A stretch of DNA of 63,394 bases, the filler included, from Reticulomyxa filosa (taxonomy: Eukaryota; Protista; Foraminifera): the NCBI GenBank assembly GCA_000512085.1. It is 14 parts of 14 records of this genome, joined end to end, with 100 filler letters (N's around TTAATTAATTAA, not from the genome) between each part and the next. Parts side by side here need not be neighbours in the genome. Positions count along the whole stretch, not along the records: positions 19,988 to 28,107 come from ASPP01003497.1; positions 28,208 to 33,671 come from ASPP01005155.1; positions 33,772 to 37,061 come from ASPP01009247.1; positions 37,162 to 38,233 come from ASPP01001264.1; positions 38,334 to 39,633 come from ASPP01035830.1; 9 more parts are not named here. One strand, written 5' to 3'. A program made the translations under genes and the position numbers. Under the pieces are notes generated by a model, which saw nothing but the letters and a program-made list of their open reading frames with translations, was not told the DNA's origin and made no database searches. Positions within the stretch are counted from its first letter, which is position 1, and each line of letters begins with the position of its first letter. Shown piece by piece: positions 26,990 to 39,733 of this stretch.

Positions 26990-28045
26990 TAAAGTCAAAC
27001 CTGCCAACAATAACACAGGAATAACATTGGCAGCAATCTTCCTTGAAACATTGCAAACAGTCATAAAATGTCAAATGAGCATTGCGATTGCGAACACTGA
27101 AATTCCACATTGTCGCAAATGTCGTCACAAAGATGTACAATGGCTGATACACGAACAAGAATAAAGTGCTTGCCAAAAGTAGTGTCAGTCCAAATCGGCT
27201 GCTGTCGGATGAATTTGAAGAGTCAACATCATACCAATTCAATTGTCCAAAGCCTGAAGCTGGGGGTAAAAATCCATTGTACTTTGTATATTTGTTTAAC
27301 TCTGTGGAATTGCTGAGCACATCACTTGTTAGTTCTGTATTTTGAAATATATCAAGCATATTTCAGTGTTATGTGTATGTGTGTGTGTGTGTGATATGTT
27401 AACACATAAAACGTAACGATAATTGATTCGAAGCGGAAATGGGACATACAATATGTTGGGATAAGTGCTCAATTGAATGTCATTGTTGTATTTGTCATAT
27501 CTCACGCACTCGTTAAGACCCGTTATATTTACCTCATTGCTTACTTTCCATATTGGATCAAATTTGGATGCTTGCCACTCCAAAATGCAAACACAAAAGA
27601 GACAGTATAACACTCTGTTTGAACAACACAAATGCAAGTTGCGTGTGTGTGTGTGTGTGTGTGATCAGACATTACTGAAACAAGAAAAAGGAGACAACAT
27701 ACAAAAAGCACGCAATGAAAGATGACCAAATAGGTCGCCACGGATAGTATTTATAAAGGACTTCCTTTCGAATGCCATCAAAGATGCGATAATCAGTCTG
27801 CGTGGTGTACAGTTTAGACAAATACGCTTTCCTTTGGTGTGGATGGAAATGAGTGCCGCCTTTCTTATGCGAAGAATGAGGAGGAGGAGGAGGGAGCGGA
27901 CGAACTCTTCGAGGCAAAGTTGACGGTGGTTCTCGTGACGTTTTTTTGTTTTGAACATTATATTCCTTTTCTTCCACTCTTCTTTCATTGCCATTGCGTT
28001 TGATTGATAGTCGTGGTAGCAACGCATTATTTTCAGTTTCCTTTT
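26990..28045 (-). CDS. Hypothetical multi-exon membrane protein (partial, approximate)
   Basis: Three successive minus-strand ORFs separated by CA-repeat intron-like segments; hydrophobic stretches VLYCLFCVCILEW and FGLTLLLASTLFLFVYQPLYIFV. Confidence 0.4.
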
Positions 28046-28107
28046 TTTTTTTTAATTAAAAACAAAAAAAGTGAGATGAAGAAAGAAACAACAAACAAAA
28101 CACTAAA

Positions 28108-28207
28108 NNNNNNNNNNNNNNNNNNNNNNNNNNNNNNNNNNNNNNNNNNNNTTAATTAATTAANNNNNNNNNNNNNNNNNNNNNNNNNNNNNNNNNNNNN
28201 NNNNNNN
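28108..28207. other. Artificial contig linker
   Basis: N44-TTAATTAATTAA-N44. Confidence 0.98.
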
Positions 28208-28261
28208 AACGACATCAACAAACAAAAAAAAAAAAAAAAAAAGAGAAAATAAAAGTTGTAA

Positions 28262-31200
28262 CCATTGATCGACATTCAAAACCAAATTGGGATAGTCGAT
28301 AGCCAACTGAAGATTTTGCACGCCAAAGTTGAGAGCAGTGAGCAAGCACGGGAGCACAATGACAAAGAGCATGGCCCTGGCGTCTCGCAAGGACCACCAA
28401 AAGCGCTTATACATGATAGCCCAGCAATGGGTGATGAGCACATCACACTCCTTCTGATCTTGCAATCGGAAGGTGGGTTGTGCAAAAATGCGTGACAAGC
28501 TTTCGTCTTCGTCTTTTTTTGAGTGCGATTTCGCCACCCCTTCGCCCTCTTTGGCGTCCGTGGCGCCATTTTCAGGGTGTACGTAGGTGCGTAAGGGTGC
28601 CGTTTCTCGTTCTTGAATCGAGGACGCGTGACTTGTCTTGCGAGCAAAGCCTTGTTTCAAAATGCTAGTGCGATTGGGCAGCACGGTGCCTGTCTCTTTG
28701 TCGATATCGCCAAAGTCTTCGCCAATCTTCATAAACACCTCTTCCAGAGTGGTGACAGAAACGCCGTATCCGGTGATGCGCAAGTCTTTCTTTTTGGCGT
28801 CCAAAGCCTCGAGCATATCAGGGAAGGACTGGGTTTCAGTGAACGGTAAGCGATACGCAATTTCGCCTCCAGCCACGGATACAACCGACGCGCCTTCCAC
28901 GGTTTGCATTACAATGGCATCAACTTCCGCCTTCACCACCGTGGGTTTGATGCCCGCCTCCAGCGAGACCACAAATGTATAGCCGACGCCAAACTTTTGC
29001 TTTAAGAACAAGGGTGACCCGCAGCAGCGAACCACACCTGTCGACATGATCGCGATGCGATCGCCGAGAATGTCGGCCTCATCCATAAAGTGTGTGGTCA
29101 ATACAATGGCGCGGTCTTTCTTCACCTTTTGGATCAGATTCCATGTCGTTCGTCTCGATTGTGGATCCATGCCACTCGTGGGCTCGTCCAAAAATACTAT
29201 CTTGCTTCCGCCGATCAAAGCGATTCCCAATGACAGTTTTCTTCGTTGTCCGCCACTCATGTTTGGTGGAAAGTCGTCCGTCTTTTCTTCCAATCCTACC
29301 AATTGCAAGATCTCTTCCGCCTCTTTCGGCACATGTTCTTTTGGAACTCCTTTCAATCGCGCAAACAATTCCAAGTGCTCTCGACAGGTCAGACGCGACC
29401 ACAACACGTCGTGCTGTGGACATACACCCAGTGACTTGCGAATTTCCGTCATTTGCGTCTTCACGTCCAGACCACAGATTTTGGCATCGCCACTTGATAT
29501 CTCCAACAGGCCCGTCAGCATACCAATGGTCGTGGTCTTGCCTGCGCCGTTGTGGCCTAACAAACAAAAGATCTCGCCTTCGTAAATATCCAGCGACACT
29601 CCGTTCACGGCTTTCACCTCGGTTTGTCCAAACGGATCGCCAAATGTTTTCTTCAAGTCTCGCACCGAAATAGCGGCCCCTTTGTGGATATATTCGCTGC
29701 CCATTGGCTCGTACACTTCCGAACTCATCAATGTGGACATCCTTCGTGTCATTTGCATCTCCGAACTTGATATGTCCGCGTCCTCCACTTGCTTCTGTCT
29801 CGATGGACACCAAAATGATGGCGTGCACAAAAAGTACCATGGCTCTCGCTGTCCGTATCGACTTGGCCAAACGCGGTCCAGGTACAATGTCAATGCAAAA
29901 TATATTAACGTGTCCAAGCCCATTATCAATATCGCACTTGAAAAGCGGAAGTAGTTGTATTCCTGTGTTCCACACAACATACACATACAAGCAATTCATT
30001 CCACCAATCGTTCACAATTCCCATGTTTTTTTTACAATATTTTCAAGGGTATCCCCAAACTATCAAATGAGGTTCTTTTTTCACTCAACTTCGTTGATAT
30101 TGTCCCATTGCAAACCAATCAACCCAGTCTCGTATTGCCATACGGAAGAAACAGACACCTGAACGTGCATTGTGTATTATCATACAGTTTTTTTTTTTGG
30201 TTACAACGTTGACAATGATCAATCGTTTATTTATTTATTTTTTTTTAAAATGTATAAAAAGTTAAACTGTCAAACAAGCCGGAGACAGCAGACACAACGC
30301 ATTTTTTTGTGACTCTTTTGTCATCGCACCTCCTGCCAGTCCTCCCCTTTTGTTGCAAAACATTTACAAACGCCGACAATCATCTCAATTGTTTTTTTTT
30401 TTTTTGGAAATAAAAAATGAACAAAAAAACTTACATTACACCAAACAATAGAAGGATGATACACAAGGTCGTTGCTATTCAAAGTTTGCAAATAAAAAGC
30501 GTTTGTTGTCCATTCTTTTTTTTTTTTTTGCTTCCTCCCCTTATTTATATGTGTCTACTACATATCCACCTAAAAAAAAAAAAAGAACCTGTTCGTGGGC
30601 TATCAAAGATGGTCGATACCATTGTTCCAAATGTCATTACCGACAGGCCAAACATATAAAGCCACAAGAAGATGACCCCAGGAGCAGAGTATTTGAACAC
30701 CTATGTGAAAAGACCATCAAGAACCATTATAAAAAAAAATCAAACGGATAAATACTCCCTCTCTCTTTCTCTCTTCTTCAAGGTTTATTGTAATAACACA
30801 GTGGTCTAATAAAAGGCATAAAATAGAGAAAAAAAAAAAAAAAGGTCCAAGCGTACCTCTCCAACCGTGGCAGCACTCCAACACAAGAAAATAATCAGAG
30901 TGAATTCAAACCATAACCAAATGTACCAAGCTATTACAGGTCCACGTAAAAATGACTCTTACAATTCAGAAGTAACAAAGAGAGAGAGGATAAAAAAAAA
31001 AGACCTGTCCAATAAGTTGCAACAGTAGCGCCCATCATCTTCATTCCCTCTTTGGTCTTGAACGACTTTTCATGAACGAGCTCGGATGCAACCTGGTTGA
31101 AGGGATACACAAAACCAAAGATAATAAACCACGTGAAGGCAAAGTAGACGTTGCTCCAGTAATTGTCTGATTCATAAGAAGCAGTGGGAAACACTTGGAA

Positions 31201-32748
31201 GCCTTTCGTCATTCCATATGTGTAATTTTGCACTGTATCCACTGACTGGCCAGTTTGAATCGCAATGTATTCGGTTATTGCATTATCGACAAATACTTGC
31301 AATTGTACAAATCCAGAGTCTTCATAAGTCTGCAAAAGCAATTTATATATTGCATATACAAGTTGTGTTTAGTATGATTGAATTATCGATGTATTTATTA
31401 ATTGTTATTATTTTATTGGCGATTCAAAAAAAATAAATAAATAAATAAAATAAACTGAAGCATAGTTGTCCCATAAAGTGTCCATGTCGCGTTCAAATTT
31501 ATCAACACGCAATTGTGACAAAGTCCCCGGGACTCTGGAGCTGTTTGCACGAATTTCATAACTCCACTGCAGTCCATTCTCTTGAGGCGTGTTGAATACA
31601 ATAGCTATCGAGATGGGTCTTTTCCCATTGTCTGTTGTTACATTCCAATACTCTGCATAATCATTATTCGTGCAGTAGTCGTTCAAGTCGTCCTCTGACT
31701 TGAAATACTTCAACAATAGACCTATACACACAAAAAAAAAAAAAGGTTTGTTTAATGTTTTTTCCTTTTATTTCAACCAATATAAATTTTGACAACGAAA
31801 GGAAGGAACATTTGATGGATATGATATTACGCTCACACACACACACACACACATACACACCTTGTTTCCAAGGAAGCAATGGCGCCATAAGCCAACAGTT
31901 TTCTGTTGCATCTTGTTCAGTGAAGTTGCCTGCTGTTGTCCAGTGCTGTTTCATTATTTCGAGCACTCCTGCGATGTGCGGATCTGAATTTGGATCCGGA
32001 ACAATGCCAAGAAATCCAGGAGGCCAGCTGCCAAGAGTCCCAATCCAAAAAAAAAAAAGTACAGAAAAAAATTATTGAAATATGTACGTAATAAACATTA
32101 ATAGTTTTTTAAAAAAATAAAAAGAATAAATTATTTAGAAATTTCCAATTTTTAAAAAATATTGTAACCTTTGTGTTCCCTCCCCCCCCCTTTCCATTCT
32201 TTTGCTTGTCTAACTTACGTATAGTTATCACTATTGCATAGTAAACTATCGGCAAAGGAGGATGAATTTGGTGATGTGAAATTGTAAGTGTCATATCCGG
32301 TACCCAATTGCACGTCTTGATTTGTTATGGTGGCTGGGATTCGCAATAGACCCAGTATTCCAAAAAATACAGCTGGGAGCAACACTTTGCACAACCACGA
32401 TTTCGGTCGACGACGACATTGCATCATGTAGTTTTTCCATACTAATAACATTGTCATTCTCCAAAAACTCATGGCTTGGTTTTCATATGCGTTCTCTGAA
32501 TCAATTTCTTTGTCTTCTTGCTTTCGATCAAGCACTGTCATGCCAATTTTGCTTCCTTTATCTAATTCATGCAGAGAAGAATACGACTGTCCACGCAAAC
32601 CAACATATTTGCTTTTTCCAAAAGAAAAAAATACCCTCCTCCTCTTTTGTTTTGGGCACTAGTTTTTGTGACTGCTCACCGACGTGTCTTCTTTTATTGT
32701 TCTTGGCAGAAGCTGCTTTGTATCTTCTTTTGATCTTTTTCTGTTCAT
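28262..32748 (-). CDS. ABCA: ABC transporter subfamily A, N-terminal half (TMD1, NBD1, start of TMD2); multi-exon, 3' truncated
   Basis: LLVWKNY..RR N-terminal motif, GFVQLQ, LVHEKSFKTKEGMKMMG, YLDRVWPSRYG..PWYF, Walker A GHNGAGKTT, SLGVCPQHDVLW, MSGGQRRKL, FLDEPTSGMDP, LTTHFMDEADILGDRI, GSPLFLKQKFGVGY. Exact start uncertain. Confidence 0.93.
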
Positions 32749-33671
32749 CGGATTTTTTCAATATTTAAGGAAAAATGGCAGGGGATGACCCAAAAATGTG
32801 GCCAAAAAAAAGAAAGTAAAAGTAAAAGGGATCTAAACAAGCAAAAACGTCTCTTCAAGTCATGAAATGTCCAATGCGTGAAACTTGATTTAGAAAATTA
32901 TAAAAATTGCTCAGTTTTGTATTTCATGTTCAACGTTTATTGTTGCTATATGAACTACTTTTTCAAACTCATGCTCATTCTTCTTTGAAATTTTTAAAAA
33001 ATATATTGACATATTTCTGTAACGATTTGACTTTATTGTCAATCTTTTAATTACTAATCGGTACAAAACTAAATATCTTCGCACGTCTTCTTGTTTTAAA
33101 TTTATCTATTACATTTATATCACTCTATTTTTTTTTATGCAAAGTAGAGTTAATTTCAAATTTGAGTACCTAAATAATATTTATTCGCTAGAAGCATTTT
33201 TCGACTTCCTCAAGATGCAAATTAATGTTATCTTTTGCACATTTATTGTTTCTTTGATCAATAACAAAACTCTTTTGTTGTGTGTCGAAAGAAAAGAAAT
33301 GGAAAATTGGTGTTGTATTAGAATTGATAAGCAGCATTTCACTGGTTTAATCATTATCGGACTATGACAAACAGAAAAAGTTTTCCTCTTGTCATAGAGA
33401 AGGCAAAAACTAAAAAGCAATATTTGTGAAGAATATTCACAAATGAGAATATACAAAAGATGAAAGATAGTATAGAGTTGGAATGTTATTGTGTGATCCC
33501 TTAAACGTTTATCAAGATCATTAGTTTTTATGCAGGGGAAGTTAACGTGTTTCTAGAGGATTTGGGTTTTACAAAAAGACTCTGAAATTGGTTTTTTGAA
33601 ATGCGCACTTCAAGTTGCGGCCAATCGTGTTGTTGGTGCAAATAAAGATGCTGAATCTTTGGCTACTGTTA

Positions 33672-33771
33672 NNNNNNNNNNNNNNNNNNNNNNNNNNNNN
33701 NNNNNNNNNNNNNNNTTAATTAATTAANNNNNNNNNNNNNNNNNNNNNNNNNNNNNNNNNNNNNNNNNNNN
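33672..33771. other. Artificial contig linker
   Basis: N44-TTAATTAATTAA-N44. Confidence 0.98.
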
Positions 33772-34874
33772 AGATATTTTCCCCCCACTGAATCGCTTCG
33801 TATTTGTTTTCTTTTTTTCCTTTGATTTTTTTTTTTTTTTGCTTAAAAGATGACAAACCAGATTTAAACAACTTTTGTAAATAAGTTGGAACTGGTCCTT
33901 GTTTTGTTTTCTTTGTTAGGTTTCATTGTATTGTTGTTGTGTTCCATCCTTCATTTGTTCTAAAGATATCAACAAAAAAAAAACAAAAAACAAAACAAAC
34001 ACTTTACTATTTTTCTTTGCTCCCCCGACAGTGCTTTTTATTGCTCCATAAGTCATTACCGAGCCCATTACCTACATAATGCATATGATTGGGGCTTTTG
34101 TTTTGTTTTTTTATTCGTGGGTTTAGAACTTGTGGGGACTCAATTTGTTTTTTGGTGTTTGGTTCTATCTATTTTTTGTGTGTTTTGTCTTGCATCGCTT
34201 ATGAATGTCTTTGAACGCCAATGGGGAAAAGATTAAAAGTTTATTGTCATCTAACTAAGAAGCTTTATAAGAGATAGCACTTGAATTAGATGTTTTCTTC
34301 ACAGACATAAATGCATGTGAGTTCTTTCAATGAATTTACCAGAAATTGTTTTGTGGCCACGTGATATTGCCAAAAAAAAATAATTTACTCTTCGTTCCGT
34401 ATATAGCCGGAGGGATGCACGCAACATAAGTAATACTTGAAGAACTCATAAAAAGGTGAATACTTTCTCGAAAAAATTAATGATGATTCTTTCCAAGTCA
34501 ATCCAAACAGCTTCGTTATTCTTTATTTGTTTCATTTGTCGCCTTCTACTAAAACTTTTTTCAGTACATAATTATATTATACGTTTAGCGACGTTTCAAT
34601 TTTTGCAAATTTCGTAACCAAAGAAATTTCACAAAAAAAACAATAAGTACATACTCGTTGATTTGCAAAAGATGGATATTGTTTAGAAGCAATTATAAAA
34701 CGCTCATAACATTTTCATCACAAATTTGAATAAAGGATACTTGTTTTGTACAATATGTTTCCAAAAAAAGAAACGTCCGTAGTTGAAAAAGTTTTACGTG
34801 TGTAAATAATCGCATTATACGAACGAAAGGTCTTTTTTAAAAAATTGCTAGGACCTTATGCTTTGTTATTCGCT

Positions 34875-36076
34875 TCAGGTCCAAATGGCCAATAAAGACA
34901 TGAATCCAAAGCCAGAGTAAACACAAAGAAGTTTTCTTAGTTCATGTAAGCCTTCTTGTTTTGGTGAAAAAGTGTCCAAGTGTTTGTGCTCTTTTTCAAA
35001 AGCTGGTATCAACACATCAACAATAGCAACGAACAAAAAAGTTCCAGAAGCAAAACACTCAAGTAAAGCGGATACCCAAGTAGCACAAACACTGTTCACT
35101 CCTAAGCCAATGGCAATGGCAACAGGTTCGATGAATCCATAAAGCAAGGTTATGGCCCATACAAAAAGAGGTGATTTCTTTGACTTCCCCAAAGCGCGGC
35201 CCAAAGAAAACGAAGCAAGGTAGTGATGTATACAAATGGCAATGGACAGCGTTGTCAACGACTTCAAGTTGCTTGCCGCTCCCAAGGACAAAGCCTCTAA
35301 GAAATTGTGCAAAGACAAACCAAGCAACAATACTACGACACTACCAAAGGAAGAAGGGAGTTGTAATAATTCCAACACTTCAATTTCATGGTCATGATCA
35401 TGGTGGTGATCTCTTTCATCGTTTGCATCATTCACATTGGTAAAATAATTTTTATGAAACAAATGGATATGTTTGCTAAGTGCGAATTCATCTGTGTCAC
35501 CCAAACGATCACGATTTTCGATCTTGTTACCTGCATCTGCACTGCATGTGGCATGTGATACGATTTCTCCCTTGTTCGTCCCTGTCTCCAATGTCAGTGC
35601 TATTCTTTCCGTCACTTCGTCGCTCTCGTTTTTCAAACTTGCACTGATCAATTTGCTTCGATCAGCTATCGTGTATGTGTGAAACAATAGCGCCAACCTC
35701 TCTGCCATTAATATTAACAAAAATGAAAACGCTGTAAGTACAAAAGGCCACGGATACGAGTCGCCTTTGGTATATTTGTGCATACATACGTTGCTCCTGC
35801 TTTTTTTTTCCAAGTTTCTGTGGTGTTAAGCAAACAAAACCAAAAAAAAAACAACGCCTAACCACCGGGTAAAGGAGAACTCTGCAAAGCAGTGGTCCCG
35901 TCTGCCAATAAGTGCACTGTACCAGCAGAGAGAAGAACCCCTCCGGCAAACAGTTGAGCATACCTCAAATTCGTTCCCGAAGACTTTAACAAACGAGGCG
36001 AGACAATCCCACCCACTCCTAGAAAAAAAATGACACTTGCCATCACTAATTTAATCGTTAAAAAATTAATGGACAT
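34875..36076 (-). CDS. ZIP (SLC39) zinc/iron permease, 2 exons
   Basis: FAGGVLLSAGTVHLL, YPWPF, His-rich loop DHHHDHDH, TM4 LHNFLEALSLG, TM5 AICIHH, FASGTFLFVAIVD; in-frame intron 35862-35765. Confidence 0.9.
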
Positions 36077-36434
36077 GTTTACAAGAAGAATTGCTTATAT
36101 TTATGCCGTAGTTCTATTTTTGGCTCAAAGAGGGGAAAGGGTTTTAACTGACTGAACGCTTTCCTAACCAAACAGCTGAGAAAACCAAATGACGAATTCA
36201 TACAGAATGAAAATTCATTGTTTATGTATGAACACATAACTAAAAAAATTTTGAACGGTTGAAGTTGCATTTATTGTTTTTTTATATTAAAAAATTCTTT
36301 TATGCAGGGAAAAATGGCTATCTCCCAGAGAGAAAAAAAAAATCAAATACCAAAAAAAAGTGCAATATCACAAGACAAAGTGATCTAAATGCCAAAGGAT
36401 CTAAACAAAGATGTCATTGAAAGGATACCCGCAG

Positions 36435-36990
36435 TTAAGAAGCCCCAATGACACGTGACTTTCTCACAATAAAACTTTGGAAAGAAACAAGCAAACAATG
36501 TGAATAAGATTAAATAACGAGTGTATACACATAAATAAACGTATATATGTATTCGTATATTATGTACCTTGGCGGGACAGAATAGAAAAAGAAATCTTTG
36601 CAATTGGTGGTACACCCACGGTCGTAAGGATTACGCACATTGGAATAAATATTTTTGACGTGTTCATTTGTGGTTTGATTGATCGTGATCAAATAAAAAT
36701 GGTACAAAGTCAAGAAGGAAACGCAGATGAAAACAACCAATGCAGCGACGGCGAGAATAAACACAAAAGGATAAGCTCGAAGGACGTATACAATGGACGT
36801 GGTCCACGTCGTACGATTGGAAGGGTTAGCAATGGAGCTCAATTCCAAGCATTGGCAATACAACCAATACAAACAAGTGAAACAAACATAGCCCGAAAAC
36901 AGGCTCATGCCACTAACAAATCCGACAAAATACCGATAATTTCTTTCACCAACACAAGTACCGACCCAAGGGCAATGATGATCAAACTTT
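36435..36990 (-). CDS. DHHC palmitoyltransferase, 3' part
   Basis: KFDHHCPWVGTCVGERNYRYF, TTNE (TTxE) and NPYDRG motifs; last exon inferred. Confidence 0.9.
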
Positions 36991-37061
36991 CTGACACTTT
37001 TTTTTTTTTTTTTTTTTAAAAAAAATTTTTAAAAAATTGCATTTTGTAATTTTTTTTTTTT

Positions 37062-37161
37062 NNNNNNNNNNNNNNNNNNNNNNNNNNNNNNNNNNNNNNN
37101 NNNNNTTAATTAATTAANNNNNNNNNNNNNNNNNNNNNNNNNNNNNNNNNNNNNNNNNNNN
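37062..37161. other. Artificial contig linker
   Basis: N44-TTAATTAATTAA-N44. Confidence 0.98.
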
Positions 37162-37247
37162 TATATATGTATATGTATATATGTACATACATATATATGT
37201 ATATACGTATACACATATATAAACTATTATATTAACAACAAAAACAG

Positions 37248-37610
37248 GATGCAGATACGATTCTCTTGGGCTTATTGCTACATGAACCCAATGTATATTT
37301 GCTGCGAGATGTGCCAGTCGTAAAGAAAAAGCTCTCTTTCACGTCGATGTTTGACACGCAATTCCAACTTGTGGATTTGAGCATTTTGCGCGAGTACTTG
37401 CTCAAATACGAATGGTCTCCTCACATTTTGCAATATCGACACTTTGCCTATCAGCCCGAACGAGTTTTGGACGATTGGGTCTTCTTGTTTTATTTCGTGG
37501 GAAATGACTTTATCCCGAATTTGCCTTTCATCAATATGCGGTTTGTCTGTCTCTTGTTTAACTATATATACATACATACATAATATGCACTGTGTTCTCT
37601 ACAATTTAAA

Positions 37611-37643
<33 letters not shown>

Positions 37644-38233
37644 GAAGATGGAGCACACGAATATCTGATGAATGTTTATCGCGATATTTGCCATCAATTA
37701 CCCAACTATCTGTGCGACGGCAGACAAATTAACTTTGATAGCTTGCAGCTGTTCTTCCGCGTGTTGGCGACCCAACAAGAACAGCTACTGCACACAAGGA
37801 GCAAGTGCTTTCTCAATCGCTCCAAGAAAGAACGCAAAGCCAAACTCTCTTCCAAAATTAAAGCTGATGCTGGTCATTGTGATGTGGCTTCGGACAGTGA
37901 CTCGGATTGCGACACGAGCGACGAGACCAATACCAATGCTGACACCAATACTGATATCAATGCTAATATCAATGCTAATATCAATGCCGATACCAATGTC
38001 AATACCAATGTGACTGCGAATACAAATGCAAATGCAAATGCAAATGCAAATGCAAATATAAACATAGAATCGAATAGTAACGAAACGAAGATTGACAACA
38101 GCAACGCGACAGTGAGCCCTGGCAAAAAGAGGTCGCTTTCGGACATGCTACCAACCGACATTGTGGATGACAACAGTGGTAATAACAATAATAAGAATAA
38201 GAATAAGAATAAGAATAAGAATAAGAATAAGAA
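37248..38233 (+). CDS. XRN: XRN-family 5'-3' exoribonuclease, internal fragment
   Basis: DADTILLGLLLHEPN, LSILREYL, ERVLDDWVFLFYFVGNDFIPNLP, then YRDICHQLPNYLCDGRQINF and a low-complexity Asn-rich tail. Confidence 0.85.
38190..38233. repeat. (AATAAG)n microsatellite at contig end
   Basis: About seven tandem units, encoding (NK)n. Confidence 0.9.
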
Positions 38234-38333
38234 NNNNNNNNNNNNNNNNNNNNNNNNNNNNNNNNNNNNNNNNNNNNTTAATTAATTAANNNNNNNNNNN
38301 NNNNNNNNNNNNNNNNNNNNNNNNNNNNNNNNN
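38234..38333. other. Artificial contig linker
   Basis: N44-TTAATTAATTAA-N44. Confidence 0.98.
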
Positions 38334-38506
38334 GTCTATTGAAGATTTGGTTATGAAATAATAAAAAAAGTAAAAAGATAGTAAGGCAATGCATTTCAGT
38401 TTGTATAGCATTCAAATATCTTTAAAAAAATGTCACACTCGCTCCGCTTTTTGAAAAACCTTTAGGTCATTTGCAACATTTCCCTTTCCTTAAAATTTCA
38501 AATAAG

Positions 38507-39572
38507 ATGTACTTCAACGCTCAAAAAGCGGGTTTTCATTCCACACTTGGTTTACTTGTCGGTCTTATAATCAGTTTCTTCTGCGACCTATATTGCCTTT
38601 GGTTGGTATATTTAGTTTGGCGTAACTTTTGGGCAGTGACAAAAGAAAGAGTAGGTAGTGAGATAGCAAAGGAAATTCAACTGTCAACACAAAGGAATGA
38701 CAAAGCAGCGGAAGTGAGTGTAAGTACATCTGCCACTTCAGAAAAGAGTGCAAAGCGACAACATGCAGCGATTGACGCAAGGGTCAAGTGGATAGTGACT
38801 TTATACATTGTTGGAAGTTTTTTATTATGCGTTGGAAACACTTGGGAACATTTGATTTACGCAATAGTAGAAAGTATTGGGAAAGCATGTGTTCATGCAG
38901 TGTACGTAGTATACTTTCGAGTATTTACGGAAGGGTTGTTATATTCATTTTATTTTATGCGTGCGACCATACTTCTGCAAGGAACTGCCTTTGAAATATC
39001 AAAGTGTGGACAATATTTTTTTGGGATTGCCCCGACAGTTACCTATGGCATTACGTTATTTGCATATAACCTTCGTGTGCAAATCTCTCATTGCGATGAA
39101 ACAAGCCCTATAGCATTAGTATTATTTTTCTTTGTGGGTTTCGTTAATATATTTTGGAATGTCGTCTTGTTTATTTTTTTAATTTATTATGTTTACAAAG
39201 TTAAAAAGTGGTCTCTTCTGTATACGTTATGTGGATTGCTGTATGCTTTACATATTTTGTGTTTTTATTGAAATGCTTTTTTTCCTTTCATTAAAAAAAA
39301 AATAAAAATAAACAAAGATTGCAAACCAGAAGGCAATGGCCAATTACCAGACCCAAACAGACTTAAAAGACTACTTGAAAAAATTGTTGCAATTGTATTT
39401 AGTCACCGGGCTATCTACTGTTGCTTTGTATGCGGCGATATTTACGTTCAGTTGGAGTGATGCAATTTGGCCGTTGGCTGTCATCGATATCTGTGTTAAT
39501 TGCTCCGCCATACTTTTGTCATTTGGCTTTGCAAAACCTGTTTTCAATGTTATTTGCTTGTGCAAATGCTAA
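38507..39572 (+). CDS. Seven-transmembrane GPCR-like protein, 2 exons
   Basis: Seven hydrophobic segments after removing intron 39200-39317; Arg at the end of TM3 (YFMR), IDICVN in TM7, Cys-rich tail. Confidence 0.6.
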
Positions 39573-39633
39573 CGCGATATACACATTATGTATTATATAC
39601 AAATTGTTATACGTAAAAACCTTTTTTTTTTTT

Positions 39634-39733
39634 NNNNNNNNNNNNNNNNNNNNNNNNNNNNNNNNNNNNNNNNNNNNTTAATTAATTAANNNNNNNNNNN
39701 NNNNNNNNNNNNNNNNNNNNNNNNNNNNNNNNN
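39634..39733. other. Artificial contig linker
   Basis: N44-TTAATTAATTAA-N44. Confidence 0.98.

Noticed and set aside
28265-30162. Many long overlapping and antisense ORFs over ABCA (also over the TRAF, WD40 and TSP1 genes)
   Set aside because: Shadow ORFs of GC-richer or repetitive coding sequence with no independent motifs.
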